This document shows positions 8,014 to 18,120 of a stretch of 38,974 nt of DNA, piece after piece. The stretch is from Pontibacterium sp. Its GTDB lineage: Bacteria > Pseudomonadota > Gammaproteobacteria > Pseudomonadales > Balneatricaceae. Under the pieces are notes generated by a model. It saw only the letters and a program-made list of their open reading frames with translations, made no database searches and was not told the DNA's origin. Positions within the stretch are counted from its first letter, which is position 1. Each line of letters opens with the position of its first letter. The translations under genes and the position numbers were made by a program. The DNA is taken from the NCBI RefSeq assembly GCF_041587635.1, contig NZ_JBFGYC010000001.1:1-38974 (forward strand), given 5' to 3'.

Positions 8014-8217
8014 TCAGCCCCATAGCTTGATCGACTGCTTAACCGGGGCGGCGTCCATGTCTGGCAGATCAATTTCAAGCCCGGCGGGCAATACGGGGCC
8101 ATGCTTCGACAGCCCCGGATTATGGCTTAGCGCGTGCTCTACCGCGTTCTTGCGGCCTGCATAGCGGCGGTGACAGATAGCATCCAGCATATCGCCGGGT
8201 TGAGTGCGGTATTTCAT
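8014..8217 (-). CDS. Tail protein X (P2 gpX, LysM-like)
   Basis: YRTQPGDMLDAICHRRY..NPGLS..GPVLPAGLEIDLPD..LWG. Confidence 0.92.
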   Translation of the reverse strand: MKYRTQPGDMLDAICHRRYAGRKNAVEHALSHNPGLSKHGPVLPAGLEIDLPDMDAAPVKQSIKLWG

Positions 8218-8219
8218 CC

Positions 8220-8648
8220 TTAAACCTCATCATCGCCATATTCTGAAATAGACAGCGTTCCGGTCTGCTTTAGCGGCGTGCCGTCGCCCATAAATTCACT
8301 GTCTGTAATCTGCAGGCCATCCACTACCCATAAGCCCAGGTCAGCACCTGCAGGCACCGTTGCACCGTTGAGCCACTGCGTACCGCCCGCCACCAATCGA
8401 TGCGGCGTACCGCTATCCCCCAGGGCTTTCAGGTTGGGAAAATGCGCCAGGTCAGCGGCCTTTTCGGGGTAAATGGTGATATTGAAGGTTTTCGCGCTGG
8501 CGTCCGGCCCCTGGTACGCCTTGGCGGGCTTTCGCGCCAGGCGGTCACGTTTGGCCCAGCGCCAGGCGTGGTTACTCTGCAGCTGGTCATACTGAGCCGC
8601 ATCCATAGAGAATATAAAATCCCCCAGGGCACACATAATTTCAGCCAT
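8220..8648 (-). CDS. Tail tube initiator (P2 gpU-like)
   Basis: MCALGDFIFS..WRWAKRDR..YQGP; G.WVV..L.ITDSEF..G. Confidence 0.88.
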   Translation of the reverse strand: MAEIMCALGDFIFSMDAAQYDQLQSNHAWRWAKRDRLARKPAKAYQGPDASAKTFNITIYPEKAADLAHFPNLKALGDSGTPHRLVAGGTQWLNGATVPAGADLGLWVVDGLQITDSEFMGDGTPLKQTGTLSISEYGDDEV

Positions 8649-8695
8649 ATTAAGGCCCTCCCGCCGCCTTTCAGCGGCGTTAATTCGTTATTTCT

Positions 8696-11215
8696 TTAAT
8701 CGTGCAGCAGGCCGCGTTGCTGGCGCTGACTTTCACGCACCCAGGCGCGCAACTTCTGATCAACCAGTTGGGCGACCTCTTGCGCATCCATGCCCGGCGT
8801 AGGCTGTATGACAATGTCACCAAACTGAAACACCGTAGACCCTGAAGCAGGGGGCGCAACACTGGCTGCAGGCACCACCCCCGCCACGGCAGACGCCCCC
8901 ACCGCTGCGCCTTCGGTGGCGCTGTTAACGGTCTGGCTCACCTCTACATCAGACGAACCTACAAGCTTGTCCCACAGGCCGCCCAGCGAAGCCTTCAGGC
9001 TCTGCAGCGGCTCCAGAAACGAGCTAGAGATCCAGTCCCAGGCTTCACCAAACATTCCGGTTATACCGCCCAGCATGTCACCAAAAAAGCTACTCAGCGG
9101 CTCCCAGGCTTTCACCAGCAGCCCAAGCGGGGTAAACGAGAGGATCAGCTTGATAAATTCCCAGGCACGGGAAAACGCGCCTTTCACGCGATCCCATAAG
9201 CCGCTAAAGAATGCACCTAACGGCTCCCAGTACTTGATCAGCAGCGCCACAATGCCCACCAAGGCCATCACGCCCAAAATGATCAGCCCGATAGGGTTCG
9301 CCATCATCGCCGCGTTAAGCGCCCACTGGGCGGCTGTCAGTACGCCCTGAGCCACGGCTATCGTTTTTGTGACTGTTGCCATCGCCACCATTGCCGACGT
9401 TGCGGCGATAGCACGGGCGCGCTGCAGGGCCATCGCGGCAGACGACCGCAAATTGGCCGCCGTCATAAAGTCGATCACTTTCCGTACGGTGCTCACCGTG
9501 TCAGAGAAATACGAGAACGCAAAGCGACCCGCAACAGACGCCGCTTTCAAGCCGATCAGGCCGACAATCGCAAACGCGATCACCTGGGACAGCATGGGAA
9601 ACTCTTCGGTGAATTTAGCAACAACGTTAGCCGCGCCGCCCAGCAGATCCGACACTGCGATAATTGCCGGGCTGAACAACGCCCCCAGGGACACCGCCAG
9701 GTTAAACACCCGCTGATTCAGCAGCTGCATCGCTTCTGCAGGGCCGCCCTTGCCGATGGCTTCCGCCATTTTCTGAGTGGTTGCCAGGCCGCCGCCTAAA
9801 CTGCCCTCCATGCCGCTAATGCTTTCCTTCAGATCCTCGTTTTTGTCGTACAGCTGGGTAATAAAGGCTAAACCCTCATCACCAAACAGCCCCTGCAGCT
9901 CAGCGCTTTCAACCGCGTCCAGGGTTTCGCCGTATTTGGCTTTAAGCTCGTCCAGAATTTCGGGAATGCTGCGGATGTTGTTTTCTGAGTCTACGAACGA
10001 CAGCCCCAGCTCATCACCCGCCTTGGTAACGCCGCGTAAAAACGCTTTGAATTTGGTGGCCGACTCACTGCCGGACATCGTGGCCTGCAGCTGGCCCAAA
10101 ATAGACAGCTGCTCAGCAAAAGACACATTGGCCGACGTTGCTGTTGCACCCAGCGTAGAGATCGCCTGAGACATTTGCGAACCGTCGGTTTTAAATGCCT
10201 GCACACTGGATGAAATACCGGCGGAAAAGTACTCGCCAAATTTCATATCACGTTCTTGCTGAGAGAGGCTGTCCCAACCTTCAATCGTCTGCGCACCAAA
10301 CTGGTCAAACTGCTTGCGGTAGATCCCGTAACCCGACGCAAACAGGCTGGTCATGGTATCCACCTGGGACTTTGTGCCGGTCGCGGTTAAGGCAGCAATG
10401 CGGGTAAATTCGCCGACCGCGTCATTGCTCAGCGAGCTAATGCCGGACTTAATGTCGTAACTCGCTTTGATGAAATCTTCCTGGGCGGTGCCTGCCCACT
10501 CATTGGAGAACGCGCGAGCCTGGCGGGTGATTGTCGCCACCCCGTCCGCATCGATGCCCAGAGATTGGATTTCACCCTGGGCGCTGGCAACATCCCCATA
10601 GGCATCGGTCAATTGCTTAACCGCATACACGCCTGCTGCGACGCCTGCAGCGTCCACCGTGGCATCCATTCGCATGTTGCGGTTACGCTCAGTGATCCGG
10701 TTAAGATCCGCCTGGCGCTTTGCCACGCCGTCCAGGGCCGTTTCCTGGGCTTTCAACTGCCGGGTGTATTGTTCCGTTTCGGCTTTGATACGCCGGGTGC
10801 CTTCCTGCAGCTTACGGGTGGATACGCCCGCCTGATCCAGCCGCTGGCGTAATTCGCGCAGCTGCTGCTGTTCTTTACCTTGCGCATTTTTTAGGCCGGT
10901 TACTTTGCGCTTGGCCTGTTCAAACTCACGATTTAACTTACGGGTAGAGCCGCCCGCCTTATCCATTTCACGCGCGATGCGATTGACCTGCTGCTGGGCT
11001 TCTTCCAAGGCGGTTTCAGTGGCCCCGGCGCTGCGCTTCAGCTTTCGGAAATGCTCTATATCGTCGGTTGTATTACCCAGGCGCTTAAGCTGCTCTTGCG
11101 TTTTCTTCACCTGGCCGGTCATTTTGGCGGTGCCGTCAGTCACTTTTTTTACGGGCGCGGTGATCTTATCCACCATGCCCATGATCAGACTGAGCCGCAT
11201 TTTGTTTTCTGCCAT
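8696..11215 (-). CDS. Tail tape measure protein
   Basis: Long Ala/Gly-rich helical ORF after the tail chaperone; AQWALNAAMMANPIGL repeat region; start likely MAENK at 11215. Confidence 0.92.
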   Translation of the reverse strand: MAENKMRLSLIMGMVDKITAPVKKVTDGTAKMTGQVKKTQEQLKRLGNTTDDIEHFRKLKRSAGATETALEEAQQQVNRIAREMDKAGGSTRKLNREFEQAKRKVTGLKNAQGKEQQQLRELRQRLDQAGVSTRKLQEGTRRIKAETEQYTRQLKAQETALDGVAKRQADLNRITERNRNMRMDATVDAAGVAAGVYAVKQLTDAYGDVASAQGEIQSLGIDADGVATITRQARAFSNEWAGTAQEDFIKASYDIKSGISSLSNDAVGEFTRIAALTATGTKSQVDTMTSLFASGYGIYRKQFDQFGAQTIEGWDSLSQQERDMKFGEYFSAGISSSVQAFKTDGSQMSQAISTLGATATSANVSFAEQLSILGQLQATMSGSESATKFKAFLRGVTKAGDELGLSFVDSENNIRSIPEILDELKAKYGETLDAVESAELQGLFGDEGLAFITQLYDKNEDLKESISGMEGSLGGGLATTQKMAEAIGKGGPAEAMQLLNQRVFNLAVSLGALFSPAIIAVSDLLGGAANVVAKFTEEFPMLSQVIAFAIVGLIGLKAASVAGRFAFSYFSDTVSTVRKVIDFMTAANLRSSAAMALQRARAIAATSAMVAMATVTKTIAVAQGVLTAAQWALNAAMMANPIGLIILGVMALVGIVALLIKYWEPLGAFFSGLWDRVKGAFSRAWEFIKLILSFTPLGLLVKAWEPLSSFFGDMLGGITGMFGEAWDWISSSFLEPLQSLKASLGGLWDKLVGSSDVEVSQTVNSATEGAAVGASAVAGVVPAASVAPPASGSTVFQFGDIVIQPTPGMDAQEVAQLVDQKLRAWVRESQRQQRGLLHD

Positions 11216-11256
11216 CGCACTCCCCAGACACAAAAAAAGCCGGGCAATCCCAAGGA

Positions 11257-11442
11257 CTACCCGGCGTCTGCTTCCTTTGCCATCTCATGACGACGCAGGG
11301 CGATTGCGTGCCAGCGCATCAGTTCCGGCACGGTCATACTTGCAGTGGTGGCGGCATCCCAGCCGGTAAAGACCAGGAATATATCCGCCTCCATTTCCAT
11401 CACATCGGCGGGGAGCTTTATTGATCCCCAGGCAAGAAAAAA
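11257..11442 (-). CDS. GpE' extension of the tail assembly chaperone via -1 frameshift
   Basis: T TTT TTC slippery heptamer at 11436-11442; -1 frame reads ..MEADIFLVFTGW..MTVPELMRWHAIALRR*. Confidence 0.8.
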   Translation of the reverse strand, partial: FFLAWGSIKLPADVMEMEADIFLVFTGWDAATTASMTVPELMRWHAIALRRHEMAKEADAG

Positions 11443-11678
11443 GAAACAACCGCCTGCTGCAGCTGGATCAGATCCGCCGGGGCCAGCTGGTCGAACTCAT
11501 TCGCGGTGACACTGGAAATGCGCGGGATCAACGTGCGGTGGGCAGTCACCGACATTTGCAACACATCCATGTTGTTCAGGCCGCGCAGCTCGCCCGCTTT
11601 CGGCTCGCGCAGTTCGATTTCAGACACTTCCATTTCACCCCGGACCAGCGGGGACGTTAACAGCACTTTAGCAGACAT
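11418..11678 (-). CDS. Tail assembly chaperone (P2 gpE-like)
   Basis: IELREPKAGELRGL..LIPRIS..DQLAPADL; located between tube and tape measure. Confidence 0.88.
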   Translation of the reverse strand: MSAKVLLTSPLVRGEMEVSEIELREPKAGELRGLNNMDVLQMSVTAHRTLIPRISSVTANEFDQLAPADLIQLQQAVVSFFLPGDQ

Positions 11679-11685
11679 GCAGACC

Positions 11686-11717
11686 TTCCATAATTCGTTA
11701 ATTCGTCAATTCTTTAA
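11686..11717. repeat. Octamer array (parS-like)
   Basis: TTCCATAA TTCGTTAA TTCGTCAA TTCTTTAA, intergenic. Confidence 0.65.
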
Positions 11718-11733
11718 GCCAAATCCCGGCGCA

Positions 11734-12246
11734 TTACTGCGCCAGGGCTTCGCGTTTCCACTGGTTGCGGTCTTTGCCGTTCACGCGGAAAATGTTCGCC
11801 AGCTTGTCGACATAGATCACCTCGACACCATCAACCGACAGTTCGAAGAACTCCAGGGCAATCGCAAACTTGCTGGACATCATCTCTTCCGGCTTCCAGG
11901 CGTTAAACTCCACCTCTTTCCAGAAGCCTTGCATCTTCACAACAACCGCGCGATTCGCATCGTCCGCATTGACCGCACCGCGAAAGGTCAGCACTTCGTC
12001 GCGGCTGTCCTGGGAGCCGATCAGATCGATCACCTTGGCGGACATATCAGAGACGACCACGCCCGCCTCCATCTTCTCCAGCTTGCCCAGGTCGCGTTCA
12101 ATCGTGCCCGCCACACCGGCCAGCACCTGATCCGCCATTTTTACGGCAATCTTTGGCAGCGTGGCTTCATTCGCCAGGCCCGCCCACGATTCGTCTTTAA
12201 AAAAGATATTGGTATCTTCCAATACCGAAGGTAGTTTTGCGCTCAT
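11734..12246 (-). CDS. Contractile tail tube protein (P2 FII-like)
   Basis: LPSVL..NIF..TLPKI; IYVDKLANIFRVNGKDR. Confidence 0.9.
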   Translation of the reverse strand: MSAKLPSVLEDTNIFFKDESWAGLANEATLPKIAVKMADQVLAGVAGTIERDLGKLEKMEAGVVVSDMSAKVIDLIGSQDSRDEVLTFRGAVNADDANRAVVVKMQGFWKEVEFNAWKPEEMMSSKFAIALEFFELSVDGVEVIYVDKLANIFRVNGKDRNQWKREALAQ

Positions 12247-12258
12247 GCCTTACCCCGT

Positions 12259-13401
12259 TTACTCGAAAATGGCTTGGTTATAGCTGTCCGTAACGTGCTG
12301 GCGGAATGTCATGCGCTCAGCGACGTCATAAAACCCCAGGTCGTAATCCCAGAACACCTGACTGGTGCCAATCGCTGAGATATTCAGCTCTTTATCAACC
12401 CAGCATTTGCCGCCGCTAATCACCTTACGGAGCGTCAGACGGCGCAGCAGCTTGTTTACCCGGTCGGTGACGAACTCGACATAACCCTTAGTTACATTGC
12501 CGTCCACGTACTCCTCATGGGCTTGCATGATGGAATCACCCACCAGGTAACGAATACGCTGGTGTGGCAGCATGATGCCATTCGCCAGGCGGTTACCGCG
12601 CAGATACAAGCCGCCCTGTTTGCGCACCAGACACGAGACGTTTTCACTGTTGTACAGGTTGGCTTTGCAGGTCTTGCTGCCCACCGCAAAATCGATGATT
12701 TCACGGCTGCCCAGGATCTCGTATACCTTGCGGTTAGAGGGGCTGTGCCAGTAGCCTTCCTCGTTGTCCACGCGGACGATATGACCCGCCACCGTGGCCG
12801 ACGCATAGCGCCCGACCTCTGCCGCCTGATCAACATCAAACAGACGCGCGCCACCATTCACAAAGTAGGCTTCCTGGTAGGTCGCACAGGCCGCAATGAC
12901 CGGGCTATAACCGGACTCATCGCCGTCAATAATCGGGATGGCGTTCATCTTTTTGGCCGTGGATTCCAGCGCGGCACCCACAGCGGGCAACTGGGAAAAT
13001 TCCGGCGCAATCAATAGGCGCGGCTTAACCCCGACCAGGGATTCCGCCGCCAGCAGCGCCTTAATGCCGGAGTAACTGCCGGTTTCGTTATCGATACCGC
13101 CGATCACTTCCGCAATCTGGTCCGCCTCTACATCTTCTTCAGCCTGGCGCACCACTACAACCACCGCGCCGGTTTGGCGGTAGATGTCTTTCAGTGCATT
13201 GCGCAGGGTGCCTGTGGTGCCCGCTTTCGCAATCAGCTTGTCACTGTTGCACAGCACAGGAACCCCCAGGGGGAACGTGGCCGCGTCGGCATCGTCTGCC
13301 GTAGCAACCAGGCCGATAGTGGACGCCGCGAGAATGACAATCGGGCGGTTTGGGTCATCTAGGAAAAACTGTTCAACGCCGTGCAGGTAATCGCCTGGCA
13401 T
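12259..13401 (-). CDS. Contractile tail sheath protein (P2 FI-like)
   Basis: YLHGVE..IGLVATADDAD..GTTGTL; GVKPRLLIAP; GYWHSPSN. Confidence 0.93.
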   Translation of the reverse strand: MPGDYLHGVEQFFLDDPNRPIVILAASTIGLVATADDADAATFPLGVPVLCNSDKLIAKAGTTGTLRNALKDIYRQTGAVVVVVRQAEEDVEADQIAEVIGGIDNETGSYSGIKALLAAESLVGVKPRLLIAPEFSQLPAVGAALESTAKKMNAIPIIDGDESGYSPVIAACATYQEAYFVNGGARLFDVDQAAEVGRYASATVAGHIVRVDNEEGYWHSPSNRKVYEILGSREIIDFAVGSKTCKANLYNSENVSCLVRKQGGLYLRGNRLANGIMLPHQRIRYLVGDSIMQAHEEYVDGNVTKGYVEFVTDRVNKLLRRLTLRKVISGGKCWVDKELNISAIGTSQVFWDYDLGFYDVAERMTFRQHVTDSYNQAIFE

Positions 13402-13430
13402 ACGCTTTTATCTCCATTTATTTCAGACAT

Positions 13431-13453
13431 AAAAAAACCCGTCGAGACGGGTT
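13431..13453 (-). terminator. Terminator-like hairpin between the fibre genes and sheath
   Basis: AACCCGTC-TC-GACGGGTTTTTTT on the minus strand. Confidence 0.6.
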
Positions 13454-13469
13454 GTTAAATAGGTTAAGT

Positions 13470-13880
13470 TTATTGTTCTGCTTTTGACGGCCAGCTATCA
13501 AAAATTGACGCCGCGCCCGCTGGCAAATAACCCAGCCGCTCCAGCTCAAAAACCCCCTCTTCCACATCCTCATCATCTTTATCCAGCCCATCCGCCAGGC
13601 TAATTTTAATCCAGAGGGCAGATAGATCGGGGTCACTATAACTTTGCGTCAGCATGGCATTTGTCATACCTCCAGCACCCTGACACAACTTTACAAACTG
13701 AGTCTTACTGATCGAAAGCGGCTTTTTTTTTGCCGCTAACAATGTGGCCTGAGCGGCCTGACGGTGAGCAAAAACAGCAGCGTCAAACCCATCCCATTCC
13801 CCCGCTTTCCAAGCGTTGCCCGTGAGCGGGTTCAAGGCATATTCTTTGCCATCAATAATGTGAACTTCCATTCTTATCAT
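13470..13880 (-). CDS. Putative tail fibre assembly/accessory protein
   Basis: Position immediately after the tail fibre gene; family not confirmed. Confidence 0.55.
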   Translation of the reverse strand: MIRMEVHIIDGKEYALNPLTGNAWKAGEWDGFDAAVFAHRQAAQATLLAAKKKPLSISKTQFVKLCQGAGGMTNAMLTQSYSDPDLSALWIKISLADGLDKDDEDVEEGVFELERLGYLPAGAASIFDSWPSKAEQ

Positions 13881-13883
13881 CCA

Positions 13884-15836
13884 TTAGCTAGGGCTGAATT
13901 CAGGATAATCCTGAATAAGCACATCAGGCGTTACCGCACGCAATCTTCTGATCTGACTGTAGCCGCTAAACGGCGTGTCACCCGGCGTCTCAGACTGAAC
14001 AGCGCCGACTTCCATTCCTGAATACCCCAGCATCATGCGGGCGGGCGGAACAATAGAGCTGAAGTACGCCGAATCGCCTGCAGGGATTGCTGAGCCGGTA
14101 TGATTGATCGCAACCGGGGTAGCCGCAGCTTTGCACGCAAGCTCAGACGAATAGCTCACCAAGCCATACCGAATTGCGCCGCTATCCGTCGCGCACACCA
14201 CATGGCTATTACCATTAAACAGGTAAAGACTTTCGACGCCATGACCCGCAAATGCCGCCGAACGGGCAACAACAGGAATTGCGCCCGTAGAAAAGTCTGG
14301 ATTGAGCTTAAGCGCCAGCGCTGAACCCGCATTAGCAAAAACATCAACCGTGCCGTCCGCGTGCGCAGAAAGTTTTATGCAGGGATGAAACGACAGGTGG
14401 TCCGCCGCTTGATAGACATGGCGCAACCGAACAGGCACACGCACTTCATCGCCAACGGACGCGGCCGAATAGTCGGCAGAAAACACCACTGTACGAGCAA
14501 CAATAAACGCGGGTTCAGTAACAACACCTTCATCTAGCACATACTCAAAATCCGTATAGTGAACAATCAAAAACTCCGTAGATGACAGCCCAACCAACGC
14601 GGACCGGGCAAAATCCACGGTGGTGCGGGTAGTAGTGGCGACAGCGGCGGACAACACCACACCGCCGACTGAAAATTGATACACACACAGCTCGCCCGCA
14701 TCATCTATAAACGCAAAATGCCCACCGTCAATACGAAAAAGATCGCCGGAATATTCAATACTACGATCCAAAATAGTGGCCGATTCAACGGCAATTGAAT
14801 CATCAAGTTTGGCGACCGAAACGACCAATGCCTTGGGCGTTACTGAGCCTATTCGAAACAGTGCGACATAGTAGTGCTTATCAGCGTCCTCGCTCATCCA
14901 TCGAAGCGCGCAGGGGTTCGCAATATTGTTGCCCGCCGTGCCATCGTTGACTTGAGAAAATGCGGTTTCAGTGATCGATCCGCCATTGAAATCAACAACA
15001 AACGCGCCGGTATCATACGCCGTAGGGTCGCTATACGAGTACTGAAGCGCCAGCACCTTTTGCGTGGCCGGAACGGGCGCTATCAGCGGATGATAACCGC
15101 CGTTAGATGTTTCATATGCCGTGATCGATTTGTGAGCGCTATGCAAGCGCTGCAGCTCGCCTGCAGCACTATACCCAACAAAACTAAAGTACGACGCGAA
15201 ACCCGCTTCAGCTACGACCTGAACCGATGCCAGCAAACCGCCCAAATCACACAACTGATAACGCAAATTTGAGGCATAAACACGATTGTCATACGTAGAA
15301 AGATCAGCTCTAGAAACAGGTCCCTCTAGATACGCTCGACCGTCTTCGCCAAGCTTGATCGTAGCCCCCGGCGGGATCTGCTGCGCGGCTTCAAGCAAAA
15401 ACCTGCTAGGATACCCATCGCCGCCCGACTCATGCACCAGGGTAAACGCCTCAGTGGAGCTGACCACCGCAACCAGCCGGACAATCAAAGCGCGAGCATG
15501 AACATCAGTATCTGCGGGCTTATCTATTTCGGCATACGGGCCAATCACTAGCACATTCCCAGCAGCATCAATTGCCGCCGCCTCGCGGATTGTATAGCCC
15601 CCCGAATCAAAAGGTATTTCAGCTTCAATATAGATATAATTCGGGTTTTTTGAGTTGCGATACACCGCGCGAACAGGCAGCGCATCAACCTGATTAACCA
15701 GCGCCGTCTCTGATCCATCAAACACCGGAACCGCCCCGCCGCCATCACCGATGACTATTTGATCAACCTGAATTTTCTCATCAGAAACCGCTGCCGCCGC
15801 AATTGCAGCCTCACCGTATTGCGTAGTTAACGCCAT
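13884..15836 (-). CDS. Tail fibre / receptor-binding protein (P2 gpH-type N-terminus)
   Basis: TTQYGEAAIAAA..IGDGGG..ALVNQV..GGYTIREAA N-terminal anchor; divergent beta-rich C-terminus. Confidence 0.85.
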   Translation of the reverse strand: MALTTQYGEAAIAAAAVSDEKIQVDQIVIGDGGGAVPVFDGSETALVNQVDALPVRAVYRNSKNPNYIYIEAEIPFDSGGYTIREAAAIDAAGNVLVIGPYAEIDKPADTDVHARALIVRLVAVVSSTEAFTLVHESGGDGYPSRFLLEAAQQIPPGATIKLGEDGRAYLEGPVSRADLSTYDNRVYASNLRYQLCDLGGLLASVQVVAEAGFASYFSFVGYSAAGELQRLHSAHKSITAYETSNGGYHPLIAPVPATQKVLALQYSYSDPTAYDTGAFVVDFNGGSITETAFSQVNDGTAGNNIANPCALRWMSEDADKHYYVALFRIGSVTPKALVVSVAKLDDSIAVESATILDRSIEYSGDLFRIDGGHFAFIDDAGELCVYQFSVGGVVLSAAVATTTRTTVDFARSALVGLSSTEFLIVHYTDFEYVLDEGVVTEPAFIVARTVVFSADYSAASVGDEVRVPVRLRHVYQAADHLSFHPCIKLSAHADGTVDVFANAGSALALKLNPDFSTGAIPVVARSAAFAGHGVESLYLFNGNSHVVCATDSGAIRYGLVSYSSELACKAAATPVAINHTGSAIPAGDSAYFSSIVPPARMMLGYSGMEVGAVQSETPGDTPFSGYSQIRRLRAVTPDVLIQDYPEFSPS

Positions 15837-16387
15837 TAGACCCCCGATTCTATTACCGCAGGCATCGGCAAAGACTCAGCCACCACGGTATCAATATATG
15901 CACAACCCACGTACACCGGCCCGGCATTAGTTGCCTGTACAGCCAGATCATAATGAGCACTTTTTCGTTTAGCGGCGTCAATCACCCGCCGCACCTGATC
16001 AAGCCGGGACTGGTCAGGCCAGACATCAATTTCTAGCCGGGCCGAAAATGTACCCGGCAAAGACGGGGGCTTAAATTCGAACCATTCAATTAAATCAACC
16101 TGCTCATCAATGGAATCAACCGCAATTTCTACGGCTTGGCGGGTGCCCTTGATTCGATGAATATCAAGACTGGCCGCCACTACTGCGCGCTTTCGCGTCT
16201 CAGGCCAATCAGTCGACCACTGATCCACTGACAGCGCCCATGCCAAGTACGGCAGTAAAGGCAGCGGACACGCCGCCGGATTCCACAGGTGCTCGACTGG
16301 GGCGCTTATATCATCGAAATGATAAAGCGCCGCCTCCAGATCCCGCTCCAGATCCGATAATGACGAGGGTAAAACGCTATCGCTCAT
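15836..16387 (-). CDS. Baseplate/tail protein I (P2 gpI-like)
   Basis: LWNPAACPLPLLPYLAWALSVDQW..HRIKGT; start likely MSDSVLP. Confidence 0.92.
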   Translation of the reverse strand: MSDSVLPSSLSDLERDLEAALYHFDDISAPVEHLWNPAACPLPLLPYLAWALSVDQWSTDWPETRKRAVVAASLDIHRIKGTRQAVEIAVDSIDEQVDLIEWFEFKPPSLPGTFSARLEIDVWPDQSRLDQVRRVIDAAKRKSAHYDLAVQATNAGPVYVGCAYIDTVVAESLPMPAVIESGV

Positions 16388-17226
16388 ACATACCCCGCTA
16401 TTGTCACGTTTAATGCGGTGCAATACGGAGCCTGTAACTCAGTCGCCACCACATCACTCCAGCCGATCAGGTCTACCTGCTCGACCCCCTCCACTGTCAA
16501 TGCCGCATTGACTCCCGACCCAACCGCCCGGCCACGCCTTCGGTGCTGGTAATCCACATACCCCTGCGCGCGCGACTGAGACAAAGACAACAGCTCACCC
16601 TCAACCAGCGCAGCACCCTGACGCAGCCATAGCCGAGCCTCAATGCTATAACCGAGTATTTCAGTCGGCTGAACCAGAACCTGGTCAGTAAAGGGCCGAA
16701 AGGGCTGTATATAATTATCCACGCGCTGCAGCAATTCAGGCGACGGGGTGCCGTCACCCTCATTCGTCAAGATAGACAATACGACCGACACCGGGGCAGG
16801 ACTATCAACCCCCACATCCTTAATCAAAGGACTGGCGCTACGACAGTGGAATCTATACGCCTCTTCCGGCCCCGCCACGCTCAACCCCTCCGGCGACAAC
16901 TGCAACCGGGCGCGATAATTATCGTCAGTTTCGCCTAGCAGCCGCACAACAGGGGAACCATTGGGGTCGCGGTAATACGTCGTGCCGATATGATCAAGAT
17001 ACCCGCCGGACGCATAAGCCAGCATCACCGACTTGGAGCGCTCATTAAAATCCTGGCGGACCAGCAACTCGCGATAACTATTCGCCAGCATCACGCGATA
17101 CGCAGGATCTGACGGGGATGCGTTTTCTAGCTGGGCGCGGGCAGCATTCGCCAAAACAATCGCATCATATTCCAGCTGATCAACAGCCACCGGATCAGGG
17201 AGCTGGTTAATATTTAAATCACTCAT
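16384..17226 (-). CDS. Baseplate wedge protein J (P2 gpJ-like)
   Basis: MLAYASGGYLDHIG; ETDDNYRARLQLSPEGLSVAGP. Confidence 0.92.
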   Translation of the reverse strand: MSDLNINQLPDPVAVDQLEYDAIVLANAARAQLENASPSDPAYRVMLANSYRELLVRQDFNERSKSVMLAYASGGYLDHIGTTYYRDPNGSPVVRLLGETDDNYRARLQLSPEGLSVAGPEEAYRFHCRSASPLIKDVGVDSPAPVSVVLSILTNEGDGTPSPELLQRVDNYIQPFRPFTDQVLVQPTEILGYSIEARLWLRQGAALVEGELLSLSQSRAQGYVDYQHRRRGRAVGSGVNAALTVEGVEQVDLIGWSDVVATELQAPYCTALNVTIAGYV

Positions 17227-17576
17227 ACCACTACGCTCCAGGGAACCGGATCAAGATCGACAAATTCACCATCGTATTCACCCGATAAATAAATCTCGAT
17301 ATGATGCGCCTTAACGCGCTGCAAACGCATATTTTTCAACCTAAAGTCTTCCAGCCCATTGGCCGGATTGCTGACCGCCTCCGCCAGCCGGATATATGCC
17401 TCCATGTGGAACCGATCATCCACATTATGATCAACCATTTCATGCAAGCGAGAGCCGAAAGCGCGCGCACCTACCAGCGAGCCGAGTTCCGTCGCGAGCA
17501 CATCAGACAACCGCTGAAATAAGTACGCCAGCCCCGTTATCAGCTTTCCCGTTGAGCGATCCATGCCTGATTTCAT
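17223..17576 (-). CDS. Baseplate protein W (gp25-like)
   Basis: GMDRSTGK..DVLATELGS..R.FGSRL. Confidence 0.88.
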   Translation of the reverse strand: MKSGMDRSTGKLITGLAYLFQRLSDVLATELGSLVGARAFGSRLHEMVDHNVDDRFHMEAYIRLAEAVSNPANGLEDFRLKNMRLQRVKAHHIEIYLSGEYDGEFVDLDPVPWSVVV

Positions 17577-17577
17577 A

Positions 17578-18120
17578 TCATTTACCTGCAAAAACCTGAT
17601 CAGAGGCGTCCGTGTGCGGCTTGTTTGTGAACGGACAAATACTCTCAGCGGTAATAACCCCCGCGCCGCCGTTTAGATAAACACTGCCACCATTCACGCG
17701 AACCGGGGCGGCGGTGCTCACCGTAATTTCCCCGATATTCACCACATCCAGGGTGTGTTCTTTGCGGTCATGCGCCACGCTGGAGCCATCACCAAACTCA
17801 ACCAGGAACAGATCCGGGTTAGTCGACGGGGCTTTATAGCTGTTGGTATAACTGCCGGGGATCACCTCCCCCTGCAGCAGATCGCCGTTGCTGATTACGG
17901 TGCAGGCTTCGCCCTCTTCAGGCGGCCACCATACGGACGCTTTCGCGCTGCGCGGTGGCTTCCAGGGCAGCCAGCCCGTTGTCTGCTGATCGCCATAGCG
18001 CACCCGCACACGGGGTGGGACAGCGGCCAGATCGATCTCTTCAATCAGACCGCGCACATTCACCAGGGCCAGGCGGCGCTCTAACTCTTCCAGGCGCTGT
18101 AAGATTTTATCCAGGCTCAT
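17578..18120 (-). CDS. Baseplate spike protein V (P2 gpV-like)
   Basis: VRVRYG..TTGWLPW..WWPPEEGE; C-terminal CPFTNKPH; true start MSLDK at 18120. Confidence 0.9.
   Translation of the reverse strand: MSLDKILQRLEELERRLALVNVRGLIEEIDLAAVPPRVRVRYGDQQTTGWLPWKPPRSAKASVWWPPEEGEACTVISNGDLLQGEVIPGSYTNSYKAPSTNPDLFLVEFGDGSSVAHDRKEHTLDVVNIGEITVSTAAPVRVNGGSVYLNGGAGVITAESICPFTNKPHTDASDQVFAGK

Noticed and set aside
13884-15836. DGR or invertible tail-fibre switch
   Set aside because: No reverse transcriptase, serine invertase, template repeat or inverted duplicate fibre end was seen
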